A stretch of 64,000 bases of DNA from Octopus sinensis (taxonomy: Eukaryota), in the NCBI RefSeq assembly GCF_006345805.1, contig NC_042999.1:1364001-1428000 (forward strand). The letters run 5' to 3'. This document shows, one piece after another, positions 24,060 to 37,211 of the stretch (position 1 is the first letter of the stretch; every line of letters begins with the position of its first letter). Below the pieces are notes generated by a model that worked only from the letters and a program-made list of their open reading frames with translations, was not told where the DNA came from and made no database searches. Made by a program: the position numbers and the translations under genes.

Positions 24060-24290
24060 TGTGTGTGTGTGTGTCTGTGAGTCTTTGTGTCCGTGTTTGT
24101 CTCCCAGCACTGTTTGACAACCGGTGTTGGTGTGTTTACGTCCCCGTAACTAAGTTCAGCAAAAGAGATTGATAGAATATGTACCAGGCTTTAAAACAAA
24201 TAATAAAACAAGAACTAAGCTCGATTCTTATGACTAAAAATTCTTCAAGGTGTTGCCCCAGCATGGTCGCAGTCTAATGACTGAAACAAA
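24060..24290 (+). mobile_element. S2 SINE 3' portion
   Basis: gtgtttacgtccccgtaac...ccagcatggtcgcagtctaatgactgaaac. Confidence 0.8.
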
Positions 24291-25237
24291 AAAAAAAGAT
24301 TAAACGATAAAGATAAATCTATCGTCCTCAACGCAGATGCAGCCCAATTCTTTTGTATCCTACAATTTTCAGGATGTAATTCTGCATACTGAGTGGAAAG
24401 TCCAGATGTCGTCTGATGTCTGCTGGTTGCTTGTGAGCGAAATGAGAATGGTAAATGCTTGGAAACGGTTCTAAGTGGGGGTTTTCTTATTAATAAATCT
24501 AGCAGGCCAGCATTTGCAGTCTTCTTGAAATGAATAACTTGCTGTGCTGAATAGCAAAGCCTACAAATGTTCTATACAGACGTGTGACATCGCCAAAGTT
24601 GTTATAAATTGAAACTGCCGAAATGGTTTTCTTTTTTCCAATGTAGTTAAGAGTTTTATATAACTAGAAGCAGATATGAAGATAACTGCTGACAAATGAA
24701 GGCAAAGTAATGTCATGATACAAATATAGTGTATACGCCTGTATGTATTATGTGATATAACCTCAGGACACCGAGATAAACTGTAGGCTGTTTTTCAGAG
24801 AAGGAAAAGATATTTTAACTGGGGAAAGCACAAAAATATTTATGAATGCGTAGCAAAAATATTTGACAACATAGCAAAATATCTGTTAAGAAAATATTGC
24901 AATATCCAATAATAGCACTCTAAGCACTGAATCAGAAATATTGATAGTATTAACAGAGGCTTGCCATTTTTCCTTTTATATATATATATATATATAGCTA
25001 TAAAATATTTAGTTAAGAAGAAAGTTAGCAACAGATTATATTCACGTGATGGATTGTTATTGATTTTGCAGCGTTCTTATCGTTATTCAAGCTTTTTTTT
25101 AACTAGCCTGGTTTTGGTTTGGTATTATTAACTCTGAAATAATGAAATAGTAATCTGCAGCATTCGTCCAGCTATCACACACGTACACTTAATCATCTTC
25201 CTGCTGACCTATTTTCTCTGCTTATATATTTTAACAG

Positions 25238-25255
25238 CTGGACATATTTCCATTG
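25238..25255 (+). other. Candidate 18-nt micro-exon
   Basis: Branch-like ctgac, pyrimidine tract, aacAG|CTGGACATATTTCCATTG|GTATGT. Confidence 0.35.
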
Positions 25256-25455
25256 GTATGTTTCTCCATCTTGAACATCCGTTCATTCTTCAGAGAAAAC
25301 AGTGCCTGCCATTATCGATGTAATACACACACACATTCATGTGTATGAATATATATATAACTTTTTTTTTCTTAAAGGCGGTGCTCCAGCATGGCCGCAG
25401 TCAAATGACTGAAACAAGTAAAAGAGTAAAAGAGTAATGAGATAAAAAAAAAACA

Positions 25456-25621
25456 AGGCTGAGTAAATTTTAGAACATTTATATATAGAAGGTCTTACAG
25501 CTGTTTCCAGGATATTTATTATCTCCCTCTCACACCGTCTCCGACGAAGGGATATAACAAATATCCTGGAAACAGCTGTAAGGCATTCTATCTATAAATG
25601 TTCTAAAATCTACTCAGCCTT
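25456..25621. repeat. Fold-back palindrome with hammerhead-like motif (family H3)
   Basis: ~62-bp arms; GTCT-CCGACGA-A-GGGATAT/ATATCCT-G-GAAA-CAGCTG-TA|AGGC. Confidence 0.75.
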
Positions 25622-25801
25622 GGCTTTTTATTTCATTATGAAAAAAATGTTTTATATACACACGCTGACGAATGATCAACGTTGAACTCCTTATTCGCAA
25701 AATCACCGAACTTGGAACTTAACTATGGTCTATCTATCTATAGCACTTATTCAGCATTAGCTGACACCTTTGGGTCTCAATGACACCATTACCTCTCATA
25801 A

Positions 25802-25851
<50 letters not shown>

Positions 25852-25858
25852 ATATACA

Positions 25859-26070
25859 CGAGGGAGTGCTGGAAAGTTCTTGGTTGTAAAGGTGTTACGA
25901 AAGGCCTGGTTGGAAGCCCAACTTTCATATTTTCTTACAGGTGTAAGAAAAAATGATGGACCAAAGCAATAAGTATGTGACTCTGAGAGGAGAATATGTT
26001 CAATAAAATCATAATTAACTGATGTTCCTCTGTTTTCTTTTCCCTAAAACCAGGAACTTTTCAGCATGTA
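25859..26070 (+). mobile_element. Mariner-derived MITE
   Basis: Ends gtgctggaaagttcttggtt / aaccaggaacttttcagcat; internal KYVTLRGEYVQ* is the transposase C-terminus. Confidence 0.7.
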
Positions 26071-26454
26071 TACATGCTTACATATACGCATACATATATA
26101 CATACACGTATATGTAGGTATGTATATGTAATATATATGCATAAGGTTATAGATATATAAGAATTTTAAAACTAGATGGAACGAACAGGCTTCAATTACA
26201 AATCACAGCAATTGTTTTTGTGCATTGCTAACAGCTGTTGGTTGCTGAGGTTTCCAAATCAAACAATTACAGCTGCTGTGTACCGGCACATCATCAGGTG
26301 AGTGGCTTTGATAGCACTGCTGGATCATATTCAGCTTCCCATCATTTTATATATAGATATATAGACATATATGGTGACTCAGATCTCCCATTAACATTGA
26401 TCAGACAACAATCTTTGATTTTAGGTACATATGCCAACTTCAAATTGAGTATCA

Positions 26455-26995
26455 ATGTTCATTCCAAACTTTGGGACAAGGCCAGCAGTTTCAGGGAAGA
26501 GGGGTAAGTTGATTACATCAACCCCAGTATTCAACTGGTTTTTATTTTATCGACCCCAAAAGGATGAAATGCAAAATCGACCTCGATGGGATTTGAACTC
26601 TTCGGGTGAAGAGCTGGCAGAATCGTTAGCATGCCAGGTAAAACGCATCAGGTTCTGAGTTCAAATTCCACTAGGGTTGGCTCATTCTTTCATCCTTTGA
26701 GGTCATTACGATTTTGATATCATCATCATCCTCATCATCGTTTAACGTCTGTTTTCCGTGCTAGCATGGGTTGGGCGGTTCGACTGGGGTCTGGTAAGCC
26801 AGGAGGCTACACTAGGCTCCAGTCTGATCTGGCAGAGTTTCTACAGCTGGATGCTCTTCCTCCGTGAGTGTAGTGGGTGCTCTTTATGTGCCATCGGCAC
26901 AGGTGCCGGGGTGGGGGCTGGCAGCAGCCACGATCAGTTGGTGCATTTTACGTGCCACCTGCACAGAAGCCAGTCAAGGCGGCACTGGCATCCTT
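26455..26995. mobile_element. S1 fragments in opposite orientation plus an S3 copy (-)
   Basis: Family motifs as above. Confidence 0.75.
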
Positions 26996-27564
26996 CTTGA
27001 AAATAAGTTGTCTACACTAAAATGTCGTCTGCTTTTTATAAACTCTCTGTGTAGTTTATCAGCGGTTGGTCAAATATCTGAAAATTTTATTGAATACAGT
27101 AGACATGACACGGCCTATATAATTCAAATGTTAGTCTCTACTGAAGCTTTAATGATATGAAATAAAAAATGAATAATGTTAGTATTTTATTAAGAATTTA
27201 TGACCATTATTACGTCATAGTAGAAACATTTCCAAACCTTAACGACAATGTAGGAATCATAAAGCAGTTTTGAAATGGATGAAAATTTCTTTACATCTTT
27301 ACCGAATATTTTCTTTCTTTGTCTAATTTTTTATATTTTGATAATTTGACATGAAAATATCCAAAAGTATTGTGAAACGAATATTTATCTATTGTATGCT
27401 TCAGTCATTGGACTGCGCCCATGATGGTGCACCACCTTAAAAAGTTTAGTTGAACCCCCCTCCTCCAGTACTTATTGATTTAAATTTGGAACTAGTTCAA
27501 TCCATCCTCTTTTGCCTAACTGCTAAGTTACTGGGACATAAACAAACTAATATATTTTGTTCTT

Positions 27565-28230
27565 TATAGGTGCTGGAGTGGCTGTGTGGTAAGTAGCTTG
27601 CTTTCCAACCACATGGTTCCGGTTTCAGTCCCACTGCGTGGCACCTTGGGCAAGTGTCTTTTGCTATAGCCTCGGGCCAACCAAAGCCTTGTGAGTGGAT
27701 TTGGTAGATGGAAACTGAAAGCAGCCCGTTGTATATATAAGTATGTGTGTGTGTGTCTGTGTCATCATCGTCGTTTGACGTCCACTTTCCATGCTGGCAT
27801 GGGTTGGATGGTTTGACTGGGGTCTGGGAAGCCAGGAGGCTGCACCAGGCTCCAATCTGATCTGGCAATGTTTCTACAGCTGGATGCCTTTCCTAACACC
27901 AACCACTCCAAGAGTGTAGCGGGTGCCAGTCAGACAGCACTAGCATCGGTGACATTCGGAAGGTGCTTTTTACATGCCACCGGCACAAGGAGTCAGTCAC
28001 AGACGAAACTGGAAACTCTCCACGCATGAATGGTGCTTATTGCGTGCCACCAGCACAGGTGCCAGTAAGGTGACATTGGTAATGATCATGCTCGAATGGC
28101 GCCCTTTTACGTGCCACTGGCATGGTAGCCAGTTGGCTGCTCTGGCAACGATCACGCTCGGATGGTGCTCTTGGCACCCTACTAGCACAAGGCACAAGTG
28201 CCAGTAAGGCGACGCTGGTAACGATCATAC
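27565..28230. mobile_element. S2 (+) joined to S3 (-)
   Basis: ggagtggctgtgtggtaag at 27575; catcatcgtcgtttgacgtcc at 27765. Confidence 0.85.
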
Positions 28231-28299
28231 ACGAAAAAGTGTCTGTAAAATATTAAGCGTGCATTTGCACCCCACTGCCCCCTGTTCCCAGGCCCTCGG

Positions 28300-28880
28300 T
28301 GAAGTTGTCTTACGATTCTTAAAAATCCAGCTTATGGTTTTCCTTTCTTTGGCAAAAATGTTTATGTAGATACTTTTTCTAGAAGAGATCTGTTTTATCG
28401 ACAGAAATAATCTGTTTATCTTCATAACCTTCTTCTTCGATTATTTTCAAGACATTGGGACATTTTTGCAGCACATTTTTGTCCGCAAGTGTTATACAGT
28501 CATTATGGATTCCTGTTAAAGTTTTTAATTCCTCGTTAACTGACAATAAAGATTTCTTCAGTTCCTGCTAGAATCTCATCTTCTTTTGTAATATTTTCTT
28601 TAATTGCAGCAAAGATATATAAAGCTTTCATTTTAATAGCCATGGTACTTCAAGGAATTCTATTTTGTTGTTGTGATATTCCATTTAGAAAGACGCTATA
28701 TAAATCATAATATTCCTTCTATTTCTTGTTGAAATGGATTTTCACCCTATTTACCTAGAGCTTTATCATTTCTCTAACACGAATCTATTTCCCTGATAAT
28801 CACATCTTTATAACTTCCAATTTATTATTCACAGTTAACATTTTCCTTTTCTTAAACACCCACATTTTTCTTCTCATTCT
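28300..28880 (-). mobile_element. Decayed Tigger/pogo transposase
   Basis: KKRKMLTVNNKLEVIKM (HTH-psq start); IKMKALYIF; LKIIEEEGYEDKQIISVDKTDLF*KK (decayed N-x-D-E-T-G-L-F-W-K motif); stops and frameshifts. Confidence 0.85.
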
Positions 28881-29219
28881 CATATCATTGGATTCGGAGA
28901 ATAAATTGCATATTATTTTCATAGAGTGAAGTACACGATTACGACACAAAAGCAGAGGCCTTACAAAGACATCACACTCGAGCAATATTGTCAAAGTCCA
29001 ACGTGAGTGTTGGAAACAAGGTGATACCACGGACTTAAAAGATTCATATACACAGTTAGTCATAAAATTAACTTGAGATAAAAGTTGGAAGAACTGAAGT
29101 ATTTATTCTGTAACCCACAAACATTTTCTTCTAGCGCTATTAGCAAACAGCAGTCGTAGAAGCAGACAACACTGTGCCTGTTCATGGTTACAGTTACTAC
29201 CAAGGGTTACCGAAGTTCA

Positions 29220-30815
29220 TCATCATCATCGTTTAACGTCCGCTTTCCATGCTAGCATGGGTTGGACGAATGAGTGAGGGCTGGCGAACCAGATGGCTGC
29301 ACCAGGCTCCAATCTTGATCTGGCAGAGTTTATACAGCTGGATGTCCTTCCAAACACCAACCACTCCGAGAGTGTAATGGATGCTTTTACGTGCCACCGG
29401 CATGGGGCCAGTCAGGCGGTACTGGCAATGACTTCACTCGAATCTTTTACACATGCAACCGGCACAGGTGCCAGTAAGGCAGTGCTGGTAACGATCATTC
29501 CTTTCTACAATAGGCATAAGGCCTGCAATTTCTGGGGTGAAGCTAAGTCAATTACATTGACTCCAGTACTCAACTAGCACTAATTTTATCGACTCCATGA
29601 TAACGAAAGGCAAAGACGACCTTAGCAGAATTTGAACTCAGAATGTAAAGAGAGAAGAAATACTGCTAAGCATTTCACCCAGCATGCTAACGATTCTGCC
29701 AGCAGTTCACATTATAATATTAAAATGATAAAATAACTTTCCCTATAATGTTTTCTATGAAACTATCACTGTACTAATCAAGATTATTGCAATGATACTT
29801 GTTATCAATATACAATGTACAGTCAAGATTAAACACGGTATATTAAGTAATTGTGTTAATCAAAGACTAGTTAATCATTCGTTTTTCTCTATACATAAAC
29901 CAGCATCATTTTAATGTCCACATTTCCATGCTTGCATGGATCAGATGGACATACATACATAGGTACACACATTCATACATACATACATACATACATGTAT
30001 ACATCTTGGGTAGAGAACACAAATCTGCTACCTCACCCCCTTAATCTGATACTGTTTAAAAAAGCACCTTTTGAGCATGGTCAATGCCAGTGCCAGCTCA
30101 CTGGCTCCCATGCCGGTGGCACATAAAAAGCACCATTCAAGCATGGTCAATGCCAATGCCACCTGACTGGCTCCTGGGAGTGGCTGGCATTAAGAAAGGC
30201 ATCCAGCTAAAGAAACCTTGCCAAATCAGACAGGAGCTAAAAATTCTGACCCCTCACTATTAATTTAATCTTTGTCATCATCATCATTGTTTAACATCCA
30301 CTTTCTATGTTGGCATGGGTTGGATGGTTTGACTGAGAACTGGCAGAGTTTCTACAGCTGGATACCCTTACTAATGCCAACCTATCCAAGACTATAGTAG
30401 ATGCTTTATACATGCCACTGGCAGGGGAGCCAGTCAGACAGCACTGGCATCAACCACACTCAAATGGTATTTTTTATGTGTCACAAGCACAAGTGCCAGT
30501 CAGGTGGCACTCGCATCAACCACACTCATAAGGGTCCTTTTTACATACCACCAGCATGGGTGCCAGTCAGGTTACACTGGCATCAACCATGCTCGAATGG
30601 TACTTTTTACATATCATAAGCACAGACCAGCATTTTAGGGAGAGGGTAAGTCAATTACTTCGACCCCAGTATGCAACTGGTACTTATTTTATCGACCCCA
30701 AAAGGATGAAAGGTAAAGTCAACCTCAGTGGAATTTGAACTCAGAACATAAAAACAGATAAAATGTCACTTGTCATTTTGCCCGACATGCAAACGGTTCT
30801 ACCATCTCGCCACCC
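29220..30815. mobile_element. Cluster of S3 and S1 copies (29220-29500, 29505-29705, 30060-30235, 30280-30625, 30625-30815)
   Basis: Family motifs as above. Confidence 0.8.
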
Positions 30816-31104
30816 TAACTATTAATTTAATATTACAATCATATTTAGAAACTATGAAATTTTCTTAAAACTTAGCTTTATTAAGAGAACAGGAAGTAAT
30901 CTTTATGAGGCTGAAGAGGATGAAATGAATATCTGCTTATCAAATTGAAATCTATAATAAAACTAACGAGTAGTATGTGTTTTTAGAGAAATATATCATA
31001 TTAAGAAATCTGAAGCCAATATCTATAAAATTATAAAATAAGACTGGAAATGTCAAAATGTCTCTGTCTTCCTTGGAATTGTCTCCTTTAAAGTTTTTGC
31101 TCAG

Positions 31105-31164
31105 ATAATGTGGAACTAATTAGTGAAATACAGAACGAGAAAGGGTGCCAAATGTCTGAAGATT
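31105..31164 (+). other. Candidate 60-nt phase 1-1 exon, (D)NVELISEIQNEKGCQMSED
   Basis: tttttgctcAG acceptor, GTAAGA donor, then a 108-nt T-rich intron-like stretch ending tttttcttataacAG at 31272. Confidence 0.45.
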
Positions 31165-31814
31165 GTAAGATTCATTTATTGGTATTTTTTGTAATTTTTC
31201 GCTTTGTACTTTGTTATTGATATTTTCCTTGTTTTTGACTTGAATTTTTTCTTTTTTTTTTTCTTATAACAGATGACAAACCTATCACAAATATGCTGCT
31301 GATAGGAATCATCAACATTGTTTCATTTATATATTTATTTTTATATATTTATTTTTATAGGTTTTTTTTCCTTGTCATTGATGATAAAAATGAAGAAATT
31401 AATGTCACATTGAAAACGAAATTTCCTTGGCGTTGCTGCTGACAGGATATCTAACTGGTTAATTAGAATATTGTTGTTTCTCCAGAATTTATTCCCCATT
31501 AGGTAAACACAAGTATGTGATAAAATATTTATAAAATGATGTATATATCAAATATGATTTTGACAATAAGCACAATATCAAATGTAATGCTATAATATCT
31601 TACAGTAAACCAAATGGCATCTATTATATTACTGCAGCACTGGATTAATTATTGAGTAAAATAAGCATGTGTTTAGGGCACCAAGGAAAGTGAGGCGCCA
31701 CAGAAATGGTAAATGGTCTACAGCACAAAAGAAATTACTTTAATCTTGCTAAAATAATATTTGGGATTAATTTTGAGGATCTGTTCAAAGACTTTGCAAA
31801 GAAGAAAAGAATGA

Positions 31815-32110
31815 TGCCAGTACCAATTCGACTGGCTTCCATGCCGGTGGAATGTAGAAAGCACCATGTGATTGTGGTCGATGCCAGCTCCTCTGGCCCC
31901 TGTGCCGGTGGCATGTAAAAAGTACCATCTGATTGTGGTCGATGCCAGCTCCTCTGGCCCCTGTGCCGGTGGCACGTAAAAAGCACCCAGTACACTCTCA
32001 GAGTGGTTGGTGTTAGGAAAGGCATCCAGCTGTAGAAACACTGCCAGATCAGATTGGGGCTTGGTGCAGCCTCCTGGCTTCCCAGACCCCAGTCGAACCG
32101 TCCAACCTAT
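31815..32110 (+). mobile_element. S3 copy
   Basis: gtgccggtggcacgtaaaaagcacc repeats; ggaaaggcatccagctgtagaaa. Confidence 0.85.
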
Positions 32111-32169
32111 GCGTATATCAGCAAAACATTGACAACCCAGACAACTGCCTTTCCGTTTCTGTGTAAGAA

Positions 32170-32500
32170 TGACAACATATTCATAATTTGTCGCAGCTGT
32201 CTCATGTAACTTGTCTATTTGAGCTTTATAGACTGTCCAGGTTTCAGCATTATACAACTCCATAGCTATGCAACTATGTACAGCTGTTGTACATCCTGTG
32301 TACATGTCCCAACCAATGTAAATTTCTGCTAATGAGGATTTTTCTCATAGGAGGCAGACCAGCATGCTCTAAGATATATTCTTTCCAGAAGTTGTCAGAC
32401 TGATATTCATAATTTGGCACAATGTTCTCATATATCCATGTAGCTTGTCTACCTGGGCTTATAGACTGTCTAGGTTTCAATTCCATACAGCAGCAATAGA
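32170..32500 (-). mobile_element. Two tandem diverged RTE ORF fragments
   Basis: LYNAETWTVYKAQIDKLH and ILEHAGLPPMRKILISRNLHWLGHVHRM. Confidence 0.8.
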
Positions 32501-32739
32501 AGTAACTATTATGCTTTTCTACTCTAGGCACAAGGACCAAAATATTTAGGGAGGGGGCCAGTTGATTAGATCGACCCCAGTACACAACTTGTACTTAATT
32601 TATCGACCCCCAAATGGACCTCGGAGGAATTTGAACTCATAGGAGTAATTATTATTAAACAACTACCAAGTTCACTTAATATATTAATGATATGTTTCCT
32701 ATGACTTCTGAAAAGAACTATTTCCTACACATACTAGTG

Positions 32740-33890
32740 CCACATGGAAAGAACGCATGCTGGCACCACATTAAAAGCATATGAGCTGGTACCATGTAAA
32801 AAGCACCCATGCTGGCCCCATCTATAAACAACCAGTATTGGTCCAACATACAAGGCACCCAGTACACTCTGTAAGGTGCTTGGTATTACAAGGGACATCC
32901 AGCCATAGAAACGATGCAAAAACAGATGATTAGAACCTGGTGCAGCCCTCTGACCTGTTAGCCCATGTCAAACCATCAAAGCCACAGCAGCAAGGAAGAC
33001 CGAAATTAAATGATGATTGATGATGATGATGAGGATGAAGACCAATATGACAATACTTCAAGACTGATTTCTTTCTTAGGCACATACTTTATCACTGGTG
33101 TCTCAGCACAGATTCATTTTTTATGCAACAAAAGCAAGGGTGTGTTTTATGTGATACCAGTATGGGTATTATGCATGGGGAACCAGAACAAGTGCTTTTT
33201 ACATGGCACTGGCACAGAAACAGCACCATTCAAGCATGGACAATTCCGGTGTCACCTGACTGGTTCCTGTGCTGGTAGCATGTAAAAAGTACCATTCGAG
33301 CATGGTTGATGCCAGTGTTGTTGTTGTTGTTGTTGTTAAGTAACAAGATGGATAAGGGTGCTTAGGTGATGGGCTAGGGCTTAGAGGTGGGAGACCCCAG
33401 ACCTTGGAAAAAAGAAAAAACTTTGGGTGTCTTGTAGTTTGAGGGCTCTTCGTTGACGCCCAACACCACTGGGAGGTGGCCCTCGAAGTCACTGAAAATA
33501 GAAATCTCCAGGTCGAAATTCTTGGACGGCTGATGCCAGTGCCGTCTGACTGGCTCCTGTTCTGATGGCATGTAAAAAGCATCATTTGAGCATGGTCGAT
33601 ACCAGTGCTATCTGACTGCCTCTGTTCTGGTGACTGGTAAAAAGCACCATTCTAGTGTGATTGATGCCAGTGCTGCCTGATTGGCCCCCATTCCGGTAGC
33701 ACGTAAAAAGCACCCACTACACTCTCAGAGTGGTTGGCACTGAGAAGGGCATCCAGCTGTAGAAACCTTGCCAGATCAGACTGGAGCCTTGTACAGCCTC
33801 CTTACTTGCCAGTCAGTCCTCAGTCAAACTGTCCAACCCATGCCAGCAGGGGAAAAGTGGACGTTAAATGACAATAATGATGATGATGAT
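32740..33890 (+). mobile_element. S3 copies (32740-33000, 33180-33890)
   Basis: Internal repeats and the ggacgttaaatga tail. Confidence 0.8.
33318..33530 (-). mobile_element. 5'-truncated LINE end with (CAA)n tail and 11-bp TSD
   Basis: TSD tgatgccagtg at 33307-33317 and 33531-33541; ORF ...PKVFSFFQGLGSPTSKP*. Confidence 0.8.
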
Positions 33891-34359
33891 GAAAACAAGA
33901 TAAATATTCTAAAAATTTCAGAACCAGGACAAAAAAACAAACCAAATGAAATATTAAATGATATTTAATTCCAAGCTTCTCTTGTGTCTGTATAACTGTT
34001 TCCCCCCACCCGCACCCCCACCTCGTTGAAAACTGTTTGTTGATAATTGTGCTAAAGTGTATCAATCACCAAACCAATATTCTGACATGTTAAACAGCAT
34101 GTAATTAAAACAGCTTACAACTGGACAAGCTTGTTGCAGCACTACTATCATCGTTGTTGGTATTGTAGTCATTATTATTATTATTACTGTTAATTTGCAC
34201 TTTTGTTACAATCACTTGCTGGAGACACACCCAGCATCCTAGGGTGAGTGAAGGATAAGAGATATGTTACAGTATGACTGAAAGCTTGGGAGGCGGGGAG
34301 AAGTGGCTGGAGCACTAGAGAGATAACTTCATGTAATACAACACAGGCATTGAAATTGA

Positions 34360-34379
34360 TAGTTATTATTAATATATCA

Positions 34380-34420
<41 letters not shown>

Positions 34421-34475
34421 GTTATTATTATTATTATTATTGTTATTGTTATTATTATTGTTATTATTATTATTG

Positions 34476-34519
<44 letters not shown>

Positions 34520-34550
34520 GTTATTATTATTATTATCATTGTTATTATTA

Positions 34551-34584
<34 letters not shown>

Positions 34585-35068
34585 GTTGTTATTATTATCA
34601 TTGTTATTACTATTATCATTGTTATTACTATTATCATTGTTATTATTATTGTTGTTATCATTGCTATTATCTTTGTTGTTACTCTTAGTACTGTTATTTT
34701 GTTATTGTTGTTGTTATTATAACTACTACTACTACTATTATTATTATTATCATCATCATCATTGCTGTTGTTGTTGTTACAGTTATTGTTACTATTGCTG
34801 TTATCATTGCTATTATTATTGTTGTTGTTGTTGATATTATTACTATTATTATTATCATTATTATTATTATTGTCATCGTTATTATCATTACAATTTTTAT
34901 CACCATTACTATCATTATTATTGTTATCATTACAATTACTATCATTTTTGTTACTCACCATTATTATTATTATTATTAGTATTATAATTATTATTATTAT
35001 TATTATCATCATTATTTTGATTATTATTATTATTATTATGATTACTATTATTATTATTATTATTATTA

Positions 35069-35099
<31 letters not shown>

Positions 35100-35110
35100 C
35101 ATCGTCGTCA
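34360..35110. repeat. Long (ATT/GTT)n microsatellite
   Basis: Direct inspection; source of poly-L/I ORFs. Confidence 0.97.
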
Positions 35111-35573
35111 CTTAGCATGCTAGACCTGATATTCATGCTGCACATAATTAAGAGAAGTAAATGTAAAATCTCCTCGTGATAAGAAGCAGCCTCTATTTAT
35201 AATTAGGATATGATGGCCATATCAATATCTAAGTGGTACACAACAGAAGATGGCCATTGATTTTTATACAAAACATCATCATAAATGTCCCTTGGTCTTT
35301 TGTAGTTTTACGTCGATGTTTCTTCGTGGTATTACTCATTAAACAATGTACCAATGGGAAGTGAACAGCTGCTTTAGATGTTGTTAATTGTTCTTACTGG
35401 ATAGCCGAGTTAATTGCATGATGGACACGTGTACGCAAATGCATGTATAGAGAGATAGATAGACAGAGAGACAGACACACATACACACCCTTATAATGTG
35501 TGTGTTTATATAAATATAATAAATATCTGTGTGTATGTATGTACATACATATATATATATATATATATGTATG

Positions 35574-35614
<41 letters not shown>

Positions 35615-35988
35615 TCTTTTACTCGTTTCAGTCATTTGACTGCGGCCATGCTGGAGCACTGCCTTTAGTTGTGCAAATCGACCCCAGGACTTATTCTTTG
35701 TAAGCCTAGTACTTATTCTATCAATCTCTTTTGCCGAACCGCTAAGTTACGGGGATGTAAACACACCAGCATCAGTTATCAAGCGATGTTGGGGGAAAAA
35801 ACACAGACACAAACACACACACACACAAACACACATATATATATATATACATATATACGACAGGCTTCTTTCAGTTTCCGTCTCCCAAATCCACTCACAA
35901 GGCTTTGGTGGGCCCGAGGTGCCACGCAGTGGGACTGAACCCGGAACCATGTGGTTGGTAAGCAAGCTACTTACCACACAGCCACTCC
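35615..35988 (-). mobile_element. S2 SINE, near full length
   Basis: cttttactcgtttcagtc ... cttaccacacagccactcc. Confidence 0.9.
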
Positions 35989-36300
35989 TATTAAAATTAT
36001 AAATTAGGGTATCTACAAGATACCACCATGCTGAAAATAGCAGCCATGATCTGACTCTAAAACCACCTCAATTGTCCATATATCAACACAGAGAGAAAAC
36101 AAAGAGACAAGATGAAACTATTAAAAAATTACAGAATAATTCTAGATCCCGGATTACTGACTTTGCATTTAGTAATGCTTTGCCTCTTTGTTTTCTCCCC
36201 GTGTTGATATATGGACAATTAAGATGGTTTTAGAGTCAGATCATGGCTGCTATTTTCAGCATGGTGGTATCTCGTAGATACCCTAATTTATAATTTAAAT
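35989..36300. mobile_element. Fold-back MITE-like element
   Basis: ~120-bp near-identical inverted arms (attataaattagggtatctac...), ~70-bp spacer. Confidence 0.85.
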
Positions 36301-36527
36301 AATTACCTTTGAAGGTTATTCTTTCCATGCTGACCACTTGATAAAATCGCTATTTTATTTTTAAATTAACGATCTTATCCTTATATATATAAGGATATAT
36401 GGATGGATGTCTATATATGTATATATGTTGTTCTTGATACCCTGTAGACATTTGTGTTCAAAGCATGTAGAGACTATTGCAGGTATGTCAAATGTAATGC
36501 AATCCCGTCACACTACACATGATGTAT

Positions 36528-37010
36528 ATAGGAAAACCTTTTTTCTGTCAAGGGGTTATATGCCCCTTTATTAGACTATTTTCCTTAGTCATTGTATGGT
36601 GATTGCCATAATCTTTAAGCTTATATAAAAATACCATTATTATTATTTACAGGATTGTAAAAACGGCACCGTATAAAAACCATTTTCACCAAAAGCATAT
36701 AGAAAGTTTGTTTACATATAAAAATACAAACACAAACTATTATAGTTCTTAAATTTGGCAGGAAAAGGGAGGCTTATTTGCTGGTGTAAAGGTAACACAC
36801 TTAGTCACGTTAACAAAGAGATGTGGTTCAACTCCTACGTGGATAGGAAAGCCTTTTTTCTGTCGAGGGCTTATATGCCCCTTTATTAGACTAATTTCCT
36901 TAGTCATTGCATGGTGATCGCCATAAGCTTCTATAAAATACCATTATTAATATTTACAGGATTGTAAAATACAGCACCATATACCAAAACCATTCCCACC
37001 GAAAGCAGAT
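36528..37010 (+). repeat. Direct duplication of ~170 bp (36528-36700, 36844-37010)
   Basis: ataggaaaNccttttttctgtcNaggg...cccctttattagact...tttacaggattgtaaaa in both. Confidence 0.8.
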
Positions 37011-37211
37011 ATATATATGGAAAGCGGACGTTAAATGATGATATATATCCATATCTATTTATCTGTAGAGATACACACATGCACACACATTCATACATAT
37101 TCACACATACACACACACACATGTGAAGAGTGTTATAGTTTGCTTGAAACCTTGTAGCACAGATGTCGACTAATAAATGAAAAGAAGTAAGGAAAGCTTC
37201 TCTCAATGCAG

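Noticed and set aside
26235-26297. 63-nt exon candidate with ctaacAG and CAG|GTGAGT
   Set aside because: Its 3' half coincides with a decayed hammerhead/Penelope-like motif on the other strand, and it does not chain in frame with the 31105 candidate.
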